Shown one piece after another: positions 28,864-41,979 of a DNA stretch of 64,000 nt. The DNA is from the human T2T-CHM13v2.0 reference genome, Homo sapiens: assembly GCF_009914755.1 (NCBI RefSeq), contig NC_060947.1; one strand, written 5' to 3'. Under the pieces are notes generated by a model. It did no database searches and was not told the origin of the DNA. It was given only the letters and a program-made list of their open reading frames with translations. Numbering within the stretch: the stretch's first letter is position 1; every line of letters starts with the position of its first letter. A program made the position numbers and the translations under genes.

Positions 28864-29030
28864 CTGAATCCAATGATTGGACACTCTTTGCAGATGTTAC
28901 ATTTGGCCTGATGCTTGGCAGTTTCTGCAGCAGCCACTCTGTGCAGGACGGGCAGCCACACCATGGACTGGGGTTCCAGTCTCATCCAGTCTAGGAAGAG
29001 GGCCGCTTCGATCTCTGGCTTATTATTAGC
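28864..29030 (-). CDS. DMD: Dystrophin exon 68 (167 nt), start of ZZ zinc finger
   Basis: TTGCAG acceptor, GTATTA donor; encodes [56 protein letters not shown]. Confidence 0.99.
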
Positions 29031-30039
29031 CTGCAAAGACAGGAGGGAGAGAGAAGGAGGGCAAAAGGATGAAAGGAAAGAAGGCAAGATGGCAAAGGAG
29101 GTGTATATCAGTTCGATTAATAAGTTAAACAGAAAAGATAGAAAGAACAATGGTTGCAAAGCTAGGCTGGCTTTTCACAGCTTGTTTCTGCAAATGCTCC
29201 CTGATATCCAAAGAGCTACCCACTCCTAAGGCTTTGGTAAACTGCCATTACTCTTTTTGGCTACTAGATGACAAGAAAAGAAAACAAAACCAACAAACGA
29301 GAAAGGTAAGCAAACTACACACCTGAGCGAGACTTTATTTAGCTTTAATTTTTGAACTGATACATAAAAGTTAGCCAGAAGTGAAATGCAGGTGTTTACT
29401 GATAAAATTTCAAAGGAGGGGGACAACTGATTTTTTTTTCTAGAGAATCTGTTTCTCATAGAATCATAATGAGGGGCTTTAAAATTCATCTGGTTCCAAA
29501 GCCTCATCTAACAGACAAGCAAACTGATTTTGTAGACCAGAAAAGGAGCTTTTCAAAGGCCATACAGCTAGCAGCAGAGCTGATAATAGAATCCAAACCT
29601 CCTGGCTTAGCGCTGTTTTCATGATGCCCTGTTGATTCTGTCTGCCTCTCTATTTCTCTCTCTTTCAAAGTCTAAATGTAAGAAATACAATTCATCCCAG
29701 ACAGGACAATGATCTCAACAATCTCAAAATACCACCATTTGATTTATATGTTACTATATTCATGAATTTTAATTATACCTTGTTTTTTTCAACCCTATAG
29801 GATTGTTTTAATTTTTTATATTATTAGATAGATTGACCTATATATTGACTACTTTTTTGCTCTTCATTGCTTTCTTTCATCTCAAATCTTCCATCTGGGA
29901 TTAGTTCTGCCTGAAATATGTCCCTTAGAATTTCCTTTAGCTGTTGGTGGTGCATTTCTCAAGCTCTGTTTGTCTGAAAATACCTCCTTTTTTTAAAAAA
30001 AAAATCCATATTCCTGATAGTTATCTTCATTAAATACAA

Positions 30040-30334
30040 TTTTTTTTTTTTTTGAGACTGACTCTATCTCTATTGCCCAGGCTGGAGTGCAGTGGCGTGA
30101 TCTCGGCTCCTGCAATCTCCGCCTCCTGGGTTCAAGTGATTCTCATGCCTCAGCCTCCCAAGTAGCTGGGACCATGGGCACACGCCACCCCACCCGGCTA
30201 CTTTTTGTATTTTTAGTAGAGATGGGGTTTCACCATGTTGACTAGGCAGGTCTCGAACTCCTGACTTAAAATGATCCACCCGCCTCGGCCTCCCAAAGTG
30301 CTGGGATAACAGGCGTGAGCCACTGCGCCTGGCC
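30040..30334 (-). mobile_element. Alu (AluS-like)
   Basis: T tract plus full reverse Alu body. Confidence 0.95.
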
Positions 30335-30470
30335 CAAGTATAAAATTTTTGATTGAAAGGTTTTGGGGTCTTGTTTTTATTTTGTTTTTGAATACTGAAA
30401 TATTACTCCACTTTCGTCTATCTCTGTTGCTGCTGAGAAGTCAATAGTAAAGATGACTGTTGCTCCTTTG

Positions 30471-31263
30471 CAAAAAACACATGAAAAAATGCTCACCATC
30501 ACTGGCCATCAGAGAAATGCAAATCAAAACCACAATGAGATACCATCTCACACCAGTTAGAATGGCAATCATTAAAAAGTCAGGAAACAACAGGTGCTGG
30601 AGAGGATGTGGAGAAATAGGAACACTTTTACACTGTTGGTGGGACTGTAAACTAGTTCAACCATTGTGGAAGTCAGTGTGGCGATTCCTCAGGGATCTAG
30701 AACTAGAAATACCATTTGACCCAGCCATCCCATTACTGGGTATATACCCAAAGGACTATAAATCATGCTGCTATAAAGACACATGCACACGTATGTTTAT
30801 TGCGGCACTATTCACAATAGCAAAGACTTGGAACCAACCCAAATGCCCAACAATGATAGACTGGATTAAGAAAATGTGGCACATATACACCATGGAATAC
30901 TATGCAGCCATAAAAAAGGATGAGTTCATGTCCTTTGTAGGGACATGGATGAAATTGGAAATCATCATTCTCAGTAAACTATCGCAAGGACAAAAAACCA
31001 AACACCGCATGTTCTCACTCATAGGTGGGAATGGAACAATGAGAACACATGGACATAGGAAGGGGAACATCACACTCTGGGGACTGTTGTGGGGTGGGGG
31101 GAGGGGGGAGGGATAGCATTAGGAGATATACCTAATGCTAGATGACGAGTTAGTGGGTGCAGCACACCAGCATGGCACATGTATACATATGTAACTAACC
31201 TGCACATTGTGCACATGTACCCTAAAACTTAAAGTATAATAAAAATAAAATAAAAAAAATAAA
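30471..31263 (+). mobile_element. 5'-truncated young L1 (L1PA2/3-like): ORF2 C-terminus, 3'UTR and polyA
   Basis: ORF 30460-31116 matches the L1 ORF2p C-terminal CCHC region ([18 protein letters not shown]); GAG rather than ACA at 31147-49, so non-Ta. Confidence 0.97.
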
Positions 31264-32354
31264 GATAATCTATCTGTTTTCTATCTTGTGCTGTTTCTAG
31301 GATTTGATTTAGACTGCTTAGGATTCACTGGACTTCTTAAACCTGTGATTTAGAGTCTTTAATCAGCTGTGGAATCTTCTCCGTCATTCTCTCAACAAAT
31401 AGTGCCTCTTCTCCATTCCCTCTCCATTCTACTTTCAGAACTCTGTTACATAAATGTTACTCTTCTTCAATCTATATTTCTCTGAACAGGACTTCCCTAG
31501 TTCCCCCCTCTCTGCCCCACATCTTTTTAAAACATCCTTCTGTGCTTCATTCTTATTAATTCCTTCTGCCTTACTGTCTGGGTATCCATTTCTCTTGCCG
31601 GTCTGCTGTAAACCCATACAGTTTTAAATTTTGATTATTGTACTTTTGACATCTAGAAATACTACTTGGTCATTTTTAAGGTAACTTCTCAGGTTTGTGG
31701 TTCCCTGTAGATATTTTTCAATGTTGTTTTTTATTTTTCTAACTGCATAAACACAATTAAGAAAATAATCTGTCTAATAATTCTGGAATATGATGTTATC
31801 GTAGGTCTGCTTCTATGGTTTGCTATTTCTTCTGGTTCTCATTCACCTTGATTTCTTTCTTTTTCCACCTTGATTTCTTGTGTGCTTAATATGTTTTTTG
31901 TTTTTTTTTTTTACCACGTACTAAACTGACCTTACCAATATTTTCTAGAGATAAATAAAAGCTTGAGCCTAGAATAAAAGTGCTTTCTCCAGAGATGATT
32001 CTCCTTTGCTTTTGCCAAGAACCAAGAAGCATTACTTATTCCACAGCCAATTTCAGTTGAATATATGACATGGGAATACTTAGTATCACACAAGTCATGG
32101 GTATTTGAGCTGCAAAGCCAAGTTGCTTCTCTTGTAATGTGGTTTCCTAATAAAGGACATATCCACATTTCAGATAGAAAGGCAGGAGGGTTTAGACTGA
32201 CAGGTCATTTGGCTTATAACACTGATCACCTCAACAGCACTCCAGTCATTACCCCTAATTCTAAATTTAGCAACACTATAATAAACTGTTTAACTTTGGA
32301 TTTCCTAGCTGCAAAATGGTATCAGTTCAAACTTCCGATCAAATGCTACTGTTT

Positions 32355-32791
32355 ACCAAAGACCTAGAATCAATCTAAATGCCCACCAATGGAAGACTGA
32401 ATAAAGAAAACGTGGTACATATACACCCTGGAATACTCCGGAGCCAGAAAAAAGAATGAGATCATGTTCTTTGCAGGAACATGGATGGAGCTGGAGGCCA
32501 TTATCCTTAGCAAACTAATGCAGGAACAGAAAACCAAGTATTGCATGTTTTCACTTATAAGTGGGAGTTAAATGATGAGAACACATGGGCAGATAGAGGG
32601 GAAAAACACACACTGTGGCTTATCAGAGGATGGAGGGTGGGAGGAGGGAGAAGATCAGGAAAATAACTAATGGGTATTAGGCTTAATACTTGGGTGACAA
32701 AATAATCTGTACAACAAACCCCCATGACACAAGTTTACCTCATAAGAAACCTAGACAGGTACCCCTGAACTTACAAGTTAAATTTTAAAAA
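32355..32791 (+). mobile_element. L1 3' fragment (old L1PA/L1PB-like)
   Basis: aacatggatggagctggaggccattatccttagcaaactaa...acaaacccccatgacacaagtttacc. Confidence 0.9.
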
Positions 32792-33149
32792 GCTGTTGCT
32801 GAGCACTTTTCTCTGTGTAGAGTTCCATCACAGAGGTACTTTGTGGAAAAAAAAGTTTATAAAGAATTATGCAATCTAAAAATGAAAAAGATCATGCAAG
32901 TCCATTCATCCTTTTGGCATGGCACCACAGAGCTGTAAGACTTTCAGGATTCACTGAGTCCAAACTCAGCATTCATCGAGTCCAAACTCTTACCCATGCC
33001 AGTGTGTGCTTACAGCCACTACACCACCCATGTGAGAGAGCTGGGAAACATCCTTAGAAGGTGATCCTGAACACCTGTGTCCAGATACCCCTGTCAAAAG
33101 TGCTGCATCACATTGAGCTGAAATCCATCAGCACAGCATATAGAAGTTC

Positions 33150-33375
33150 CAGAGTTAAACCACTGGAGTTCACCACTCACTGGCTGTGTGACCTTAGGAA
33201 AATAACTTTATCTCTCTGTGTCTTACTTTTTCTCTGCTACAAACTGGAAATATTAATAGTGCCTACCTCATAGAGTTATTTTATGATTACGTGAGTCAGC
33301 AAATGAAAGGCAATTGGAACCGTGTCTGACACATAGCAAGAATCATGTTTGCTATTGTTATTGTCATTATTATTA
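33150..33375 (+). mobile_element. MIR
   Basis: ggctgtgtgaccttagg...taatagtgcctacctcatagagtt...gtgtctgacacatag. Confidence 0.75.
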
Positions 33376-33840
33376 TCCATCTGACCAGCAACCCAGAAGT
33401 TCTTGGTCTTTGAACAGCCCTTTAAATATTTTACCAGAGCTGTCTTATCTGTCCATGCCTCTTCATTCCTATTCTTTTTACTTCTTCTTCATATGACACG
33501 GCTTAGTTTGCCATTGTCATTTAGAAAACTATTCTTCAAATATGATTGCGGAGAATGTACCTCTATTTCTCCAGACAGTGTAACTGGATTACTTTCTTTT
33601 GTTCTGTACCGTAGGCTCACACACGGTTCCTACTCAACTAAAATCTCTGAGTCAGTGTTTCCCAGTATGTCCAGCAGATCAATCGTCCAGCAAAATGCTT
33701 CACGAGAAGGTCAAATTAATGAAAGAAACAGTGCACATTATATCTGCCTCTTAAAATTCTTAGAGCACGTTAACATATTAAAAGCTGAGAAGGTCATCAG
33801 TAAAGCAACATGTTAATCAGCTCTGGAATCTTCCCAGATT

Positions 33841-33843
<3 letters not shown>

Positions 33844-33877
<34 letters not shown>
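33844..33877 (+). repeat. (AG)17 microsatellite
   Basis: Perfect dinucleotide run. Confidence 0.95.
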
Positions 33878-33880
<3 letters not shown>

Positions 33881-35375
33881 AAGCAAGAGTGACTTCTGAA
33901 GGGGCGATTTAATAACAGTTTTCAATTATGTGAATGGCTCTCGCATAGGGGCCTGTGACCAGCTGTTCGATCTCTCCACTGAGGACAGAACAAGAAGAAA
34001 CAGACTTAAGCAGCATGAAGAATTTAGGCTGTAGCTCATATGGAAGAATTTCCTGATGCTGAAAGTTGTTAAAGCATTAGTGTGAATTACCAAGGGAGGC
34101 TGTAGAATGTTCTACTCTTTCAAAAAACTATAGATTCTTCTATGCTTAAAGGTTGAACATTCTCAAATTTCTAGCCCCTAAGATGCAAGATCCATCATGT
34201 TGGCTCTTTTAAAACTGCTCACCTACGCCAACTGACAGACTGAAGACAAGGTACGGGGATTCACGTTCTCATTCTGTTTCAATCTTTCATTTTTATGACA
34301 AACTACTCTGTATCCTAGTGGTATATTCCCTCTCCTTTTGTCTGGCAATGAAGAAGGAAAGAATTAAAAGCCAGGCAAGCTTCTGTAAAGACCTAACAGA
34401 ACTAGAATTAAACCCAGCTAAAATTACATTTCGATCATTCCAGAAAAAAATATATAGGGATAGATTGGAATAGCAGGAAGTTATTAAGGTCAAAAGATAA
34501 GTATGATGGCATTCACTGGACTGAGATAATCTTTGTAAGTACCATTATTTGTTGAGATACATATAAGTCTCAGATATAATCCCCTCTCAGTATCAAGGGT
34601 GACCTTGTCCTCATCTCTAAACACCAGTTTCAAGCCATGCAAGCAAAATCTCTTGGAAAGGTCATTTAGCCCTGGGTTTTGTTTTGTTTGTTGGCTTTGT
34701 TTTGCTTTTGCTGTTGTTTTGGCAATAACTCCATTTTCCCCTTCTATGTCATGCACACACAGAAAGCAAAGCTATCACAGCTCCTTCCATTATGATGGTC
34801 ACAGTTTGGAATTATGTTGGGTTTCTCCTCTTTTTCTGTTGGTCCTCACCTGCCAGCAACTATCCATAACAGAAAAGCTAGGGGAAGGAATCAGTTGTCA
34901 TTACTATTGCTCTGTTACAGCACACTGGAGGGTGGCTTCATACAAATATCACCTTTATACAAATATAACAAGGTACACAGACAAAGAATTCTCAATATCT
35001 GGAATTTCTAGCAAACCGATTTACCTATCAATATAATAAGTTTAAAAGGGCATTACATGGCAAGTTTGGAGGTAGGAGAGTTGCTGGGGTTCCGAAGAAC
35101 TTTTGGATTTCTTTGATGTTGTGCTTTCTATAAATCCTTGGACACTGAAGGGCCAACCGCCTGCCAGGAGGTCCACCTGAATACTCATTTTTCTCTCAAG
35201 GTAATAAAATCAATTCATGGCTACAGAAGAAATGCAATTAAGTATTTCTCAGCAAGCCCTGCATCCCAGCTACCATGAACACGTACATTGTATTTTTTAG
35301 GAGAAGGCAATTGGCATTTCAATTGTGAGGTTTGTGAAAACCATGTGAACACTTAATAAACTACAATAATTAGTA

Positions 35376-35622
35376 CAGTCATCCCTCAGTATATGCTAGG
35401 GGTTGCTTCCTGGCCCGCCGCAGCCCCACTCCCACGGGGATTTTGCTGTTGAGATACAGCAAAATCCACGCATACGCAAGTCCCACAGTAGGCCCAGCTG
35501 AACGCATATCCGCAGGTTTCACATCTCTTGAGTACTGCATTTTCGATACGCATTTGGTTGAAAACGATCCACTTATAAGTGGACCCACACAGTTCAAATC
35601 TATGTTTTTCAAGGGTCAACTC
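35376..35622 (-). mobile_element. MER8-like TcMar-Tigger MITE
   Basis: Terminal inverted repeats (TIRs) cagtcatccct / agggtcaactc with TA on both flanks. Confidence 0.8.
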
Positions 35623-36230
35623 TATATAGAGAAGTAAACATTGGGCAAGAGACTGTGCCCAGTAATTCTCAGATAACAAGAAACCACCATCCTGGAAACA
35701 ATACAGAACGATACCTCCTTAATTTCTTTCCTAAATTGCAGATTAATTAAAGACAGGAACTATACTTCTGGAGTCTCTGTTAAAATCTGCTGAATTGAAC
35801 AGTGGGTGGGAATTCAACTGCAATATGATCGCAAGAAATAAAAGGAAGATTATAAAATCTGTATGAAGTCAGAATTTTAAAAAGCTGCCTAGTCATCCTG
35901 AAGAGCAAAAACATACACTTGTAAAGATTTTATAAAGAGCAGAAGACAAAATAAGTTACTTTCTCAAACTGTCCAAAATTTCCTTTATCGATTACAGTAA
36001 ATGTCCTTGTGTTGGTTTCTATGTGATGGTATCACACATAAAAGGCTAACAGACTTCATCTGGACTTAGAAGGTATGTACAGAATGATCTGGCTTAAAAT
36101 ATAGGTATACACAAAATTCACACTTGGGGCCCTTGAAAGGAACTGCACAGGCAGATAGCTTTTCTCTAGGTCGGTGGTTCTCAACCGGAAATGATGCCGT
36201 ACCCCAGAGGAAATATAACAATGTTTGGAG

Positions 36231-36651
36231 TGTCGACCAAAAAACATCAGAGAAAAACATCGCCAAATATGTTAAATTTATTTTGGAATTAGAAATGAGG
36301 ATTACAACCCAAGATGCATCTGAAGAGGAGACTGTAGAGGGAAACTTTTATTGGTAAAAACAGAAGTTTACATAAGCTGCTTGGAAACATAGTTCGTTTC
36401 AGATGCTCAACGCCAGAACTGGTGTCAGTTTATTAGTGGGGATGCCATTACTGGGCAGATGTTCTTTTGAGAGCATATTACGTGCACTGCTGCAGTCCTA
36501 ACAGAGGAATTTCTTGTGGGGCGATTTTAGAAAGTCCTTGAGACAGTCTTTATCTCAGGCATGTAACCATGAACCCTCCTCCTTTCATGCTGCCCTGGCT
36601 CTAGTTAGTTTGGGACTGACAAAAAGTGATTTCATCCTGGTATCTTTTACG
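36231..36651 (-). mobile_element. ERV1-class solo LTR (MER89/MER90-like) nested in MER20
   Basis: TG...CG (probably decayed CA) termini and 4-bp TSD GGAG at 36227-30 and 36652-55. Confidence 0.7.
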
Positions 36652-36680
36652 GGAGACATTTTTGGTTGTCACAACTGGGC

Positions 36681-36724
36681 GGGGGGGGGGGGGGGGGGGG
36701 GGGAGGGGGAGGGCGGGGAGGGGG
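36681..36724 (+). repeat. G23 homopolymer plus further G-runs (G-quadruplex-forming)
   Basis: G23 at 36681-36703 followed by A-G5-A-G3-C-G4-A-G5. Confidence 0.9.
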
Positions 36725-37277
36725 TGCTACTAGCATTTAGTAGATAGAGGCCAGGATTCTGCAAAACATCCAGCAGCACACAGGGCAGCTTCCCACAACA
36801 AAGAACTAGAATGATTCGGGCCAAAGCATCAGTAGCACCAAGGTTGAGAAACCCTGCCCCAATGTTAACATCTTACATAACCATATGGTTCACTTGTCAA
36901 AACTAAGAAATCCACATTGATTCATCACTATTCACTAAACAACAGACTTCCCTGAGAGTCCTGCAAGGGCATTTAATAAGCCGGCAACTATCCTCTACAA
37001 CACAGAAACTGGGAGGCTACCATAGGCCTATTCAACTGCCGAAATGCCACACTCGTTCATAAACTGAGGGTAGAGAGAGCAAAAGGGAAATTAAAAGCCC
37101 CAAACTAGAAGTCACAAGGAAACACGCTAAAATTGTAGACTCAGATTTGAAATCAAGTTGCTTCTCAAACTGACAACTCTATGCAGTGTATTCCAGGATA
37201 AACAGTTGCAGAAATTTATTTATTTAATCATGGCAGATAATTATCCCAAGCAAGGTAAAGCAGGTCTGCTAGTACAA

Positions 37278-37305
37278 TGTGTATGTGTGTGTGTGTGTGT
37301 GTGTG
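37278..37305 (+). repeat. (TG)n microsatellite
   Basis: tgtgtatgtgtg... run. Confidence 0.9.
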
Positions 37306-37494
37306 TTTTGATTTTACTTAGTACAGGTCATAACCATTTAGAGAAAAAATAAGAACTAAATATGCAAATATTAAATACATACATATCCGTAAATAGAATT
37401 CCTAAACATTTTTATTGACAGAAAAAGGTAAATTTATGGAAAACATTGTGGGCAAACCACAGATTTTTAAAAAGGGTAATCTCTCCTTTGTGGC

Positions 37495-37864
37495 TGATAT
37501 GGTTTGGCTGTGTCCCCACCCAAATCTCATCTTGAATTATAACTCCCACAATTCCCACATGTCGTGGGAGGAGCCTGGTGGGAGGTGATTGACTTATGGG
37601 GGTTGGTCTTTCCTGCGCCGTTCTCGTGATAGTGAATGAGTCTCACACTATCTGATGGTTTTAAAAACGGGAGTTTCTCTGCACAAGCTCTTTTTTTGCC
37701 TGCTGCCATCCAGGTAAGTTGTGACTTGCTCCTCCTTGCCTTCTGCCATGATTGTGAGGCCTCCCCAGCCACGTGGAACTGTTAAGTCCAATGACCCTCT
37801 CTCTTTTGTAAATTGCCCCATCTCAGGTATGTCTTTATCAGCAGCGTGAAAACGGACTAATACA
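37495..37864 (+). mobile_element. THE1 (THE1B-like) solo LTR
   Basis: TGATATGGTTTGGCTGTGTCCCCACCC...ACGGACTAATACA; perfect 5-bp TSD gtggc at 37490-94 and 37865-69. Confidence 0.96.
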
Positions 37865-39499
37865 GTGGCCATTTTCATTTGCTATTTTCATTAGTAACAT
37901 GTTCCCTTCATAAATCCAAAAAATCATTTCAATGTCATTGCCATTGTTAATAGGTATTGGCATTAATAGCTGACAACTCAACTTTTCTAGCCCTCGTTAT
38001 AAAAAGCCTTAGCATTTGGAAAGATTTGCTGAATTTAAATTTATAAAAACTGTTTTTTGAATTACAGTCTGTACACAAAGATTTAAAACTACAAGGAGAA
38101 CGGTTAGTCAGGGTCAGACAGTATAGGACAGGCAGTCCCTGACTGTTCCCTGATCTGTTATTACAATTTCTTTAACAACCTCTAAATCTACCAAGGGCAT
38201 CAGTGGAATATTTTACATAAGAGAGAAGTCTGCACCAGCAGAGAACATAAAAGGAGGAACAAGAACAAGCTGTAAAGAATATTAATGACTCTTCTTCCAA
38301 ACAATCCCAATTTTTATGAAAATCAAATGAGTGATAAAAAGACTCTATAAAACTATACAAAACCTGCAGGTAACAAATAAAACAGAAGGAAGGTGACATT
38401 TTGATCCTCTTAGACACAAGATACTTGGGTTTTACCTTTGAGTTACTGAGGAAACTATAGTGTACGGACGCAAGGGATCATTTACATGAGGTTGTACACA
38501 ATGGTTTTTCACATCTTGCTCTTAGTGTGTGTTTCCATTCAGAGAACACTTGGTCTCATGTGAAATGCCACACTCTATGTACAAGACTGTTTTCTATATC
38601 TTATAGCTCTGATACAAGAGTTGTTACCCGGAAGATCAGGTAAGACTTTGCTGATCATGGCCAAGCTTTGAAATAAGTACCATAATCCATTTCCCTTTCG
38701 GCCTTTATAACATTTAGCATAGAATCAAAGACACTTAGGGATAAGTAACTTTTGAGATAACCTGTTTTAACTTTATGTTACAGATAAGAAAAGGCCCAAA
38801 GAGGTTAAGGAAACAGCTTAAGATTATCTACGATTTTAATACTGAAATATATGCTTAAAATAGTCTTAAAAAGACAGGACAAAAGTGATTTCCTATGGGA
38901 AAAAGCAAGGCGATCCCCAAAATCTTTTGAATCTTTAATTTGTTTGAAAGTACTAGAGTCTGATAGCTAAGTAAGCAAGGCCCACTTAGGACAATTTCCA
39001 GGTGAATATAAATCTTCAACTGAATTATATGCCGATAACATGGCTGCGAGAGCCAATGGAAGGTGCAAGTGAATACCCCACAACACTGATAAATGCATAC
39101 TTATATCTCATCTGATCAACTCCTTTCCCCCTTCTTTTCAGCATTACATGTCCCTCGTACCATTAGATGCTACGGCATGTATGAGCTACCTGGATTGACA
39201 GGTGCGGGTCCATATATATTGAAGTGGCAAAAAGGAAAAAAAAGAAACAAAACTCTATGAGCTTCTCAATTCAGCACAGTTTTCATGTTACGTGTTTTAA
39301 TTATGTCAATGTGTTGTTCCCATAAAAGGATTGGTTAATATGGAAATGTATTTATTAGACATCTGTTTATGTGGCTCTCTGGAGAAAGGACTTTCAATTC
39401 CATACACTGCCATTTTAAACAATTCCAAGACAAAAATAGTATCCAATGGCAGTTCAGTAAAGAGAGATATCATTCTTTGTACACTCAGAACCACCTTGG

Positions 39500-40775
<1,276 letters not shown>

Positions 40776-41779
40776 GTTGGTTGGAAACCGTTATTTCTCC
40801 CAAGTCACCCCTTCATGGGAATAGGTTGTGGGCAAGGCAGGAGGGTGGGCAAGAGTGATTTTAGTAACTGTGAAAGGGACAGGACAATGGTATTAATGTC
40901 AATAGTAATGAGTGTGAAAAGTTCCCCAGGATTCGTTTTCTCTAAAAATACAAACCTAACGCAAAATTGATTTCCTTCCTGTCCTTGTCACGGTTCTTAA
41001 AGCATCTCCTCATCGACTCTGCCTAGATGTGCTTTTCCTAGATCCCTAAATGTGAATCTCCAGGCATGAAAATGAGTTTAAGAGTCCCCACATGCGCAGA
41101 AGCAGAACTTTTTGTTTAAGGATTGAGAGGTCAAGAGTTGTCTTTGTGAGACAAGAAGAAGTAAAAGGCTTCCCATAACTACCATCTTGGGTAGAAATCA
41201 AGTATTTTATTTAAAGTTCTGAAGATAATGAGCAGGTAGGAGGCCAGCAGTCACTGCTCTAAATATTAATCAGGACTCTGAATCACCCATTAAAGATAAA
41301 ATCAGCCCAAACAATAACACATGGTGATTATCCACTCTTCATTTCCATGTTCAAGGACAACTGTCCTGACCTCAGGCTCTGCACTCCACCTGACTAATAA
41401 ACCAATTAACGCCATGGCCCTAGGGAACATATGCACAATTTTAAATCTATGCAAATCCCTAAGTATACTCAACAGTATTAATTTATGCTACCGAGTTCTA
41501 ATTTAACAGGAAAGTTAAATTAGAAAAGTTTCACATATACATGGTAAAGCACATATATCTGTCTATAGGTACCATGGAATATACTTTCCCAAGTGTGGAT
41601 CAGGGCGCATTATGTAAAAGAACAAGATATAAAGTTAGCTCTTCCACTACTGCCTCCTACAATCCTTTAAAATCCAGTTCAGGAAAAGGCAAAATTATAG
41701 GAACAGAAAACAGAGCTGTGGTTTCCAGAGATTGGGACTTAGTGAGATGATACAGCATGATGGAATTTTAGGGGTGACA

Positions 41780-41979
41780 GAAACGGAAGGAAGAAAGGAA
41801 GGAAGGAGGGAAGGAGAAGGGGAGAGAGAGAGGGAGGGAGGGAGAGAGAGAGAACGAAAGAAAAGAGAAAAGAAAGAAAGAAAGGAAAGGAGAGGAGAGG
41901 AAAGGAAGAGAGGCGGGAGGGAGGGCAGGAAGGAAGGAAGGAAAAGACAGGGTGAGAGGAAGGAAGGAAGAAAGAAAGA
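41780..41979 (+). repeat. GA-rich low-complexity polypurine tract
   Basis: ~200 nt of GGAA/GAGA/AAAG units with few pyrimidines. Confidence 0.92.

Larger units (their letters stand above)
29790..31900 (-). mobile_element. Old antisense L1M host element, interrupted by an Alu and a young L1PA
   Basis: T-rich reverse L1M motifs (tttgtctgaaaat, tgttgctgctgagaagtc, aatagtgcctcttctccattc) flank both inserts. Confidence 0.6.
36172..36856 (+). mobile_element. MER20 hAT element split by an LTR insertion
   Basis: 5' part gtggttctcaaccgg...caatgtttggag; resumes ggagacatttttggttgtcacaactggg...ggttgagaaaccctg. Confidence 0.85.

Noticed and set aside
30460-31116. 218-aa ORF as a novel gene
   Set aside because: It is the L1 ORF2p C-terminus of a 5'-truncated copy; the start is a TTG in flanking DNA
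31844-31879. 14-bp direct repeat caccttgatttctt; similar short repeats near 8068/8099 and a small hairpin near 4687
   Set aside because: Micro-duplications inside decayed repeats with no functional indication
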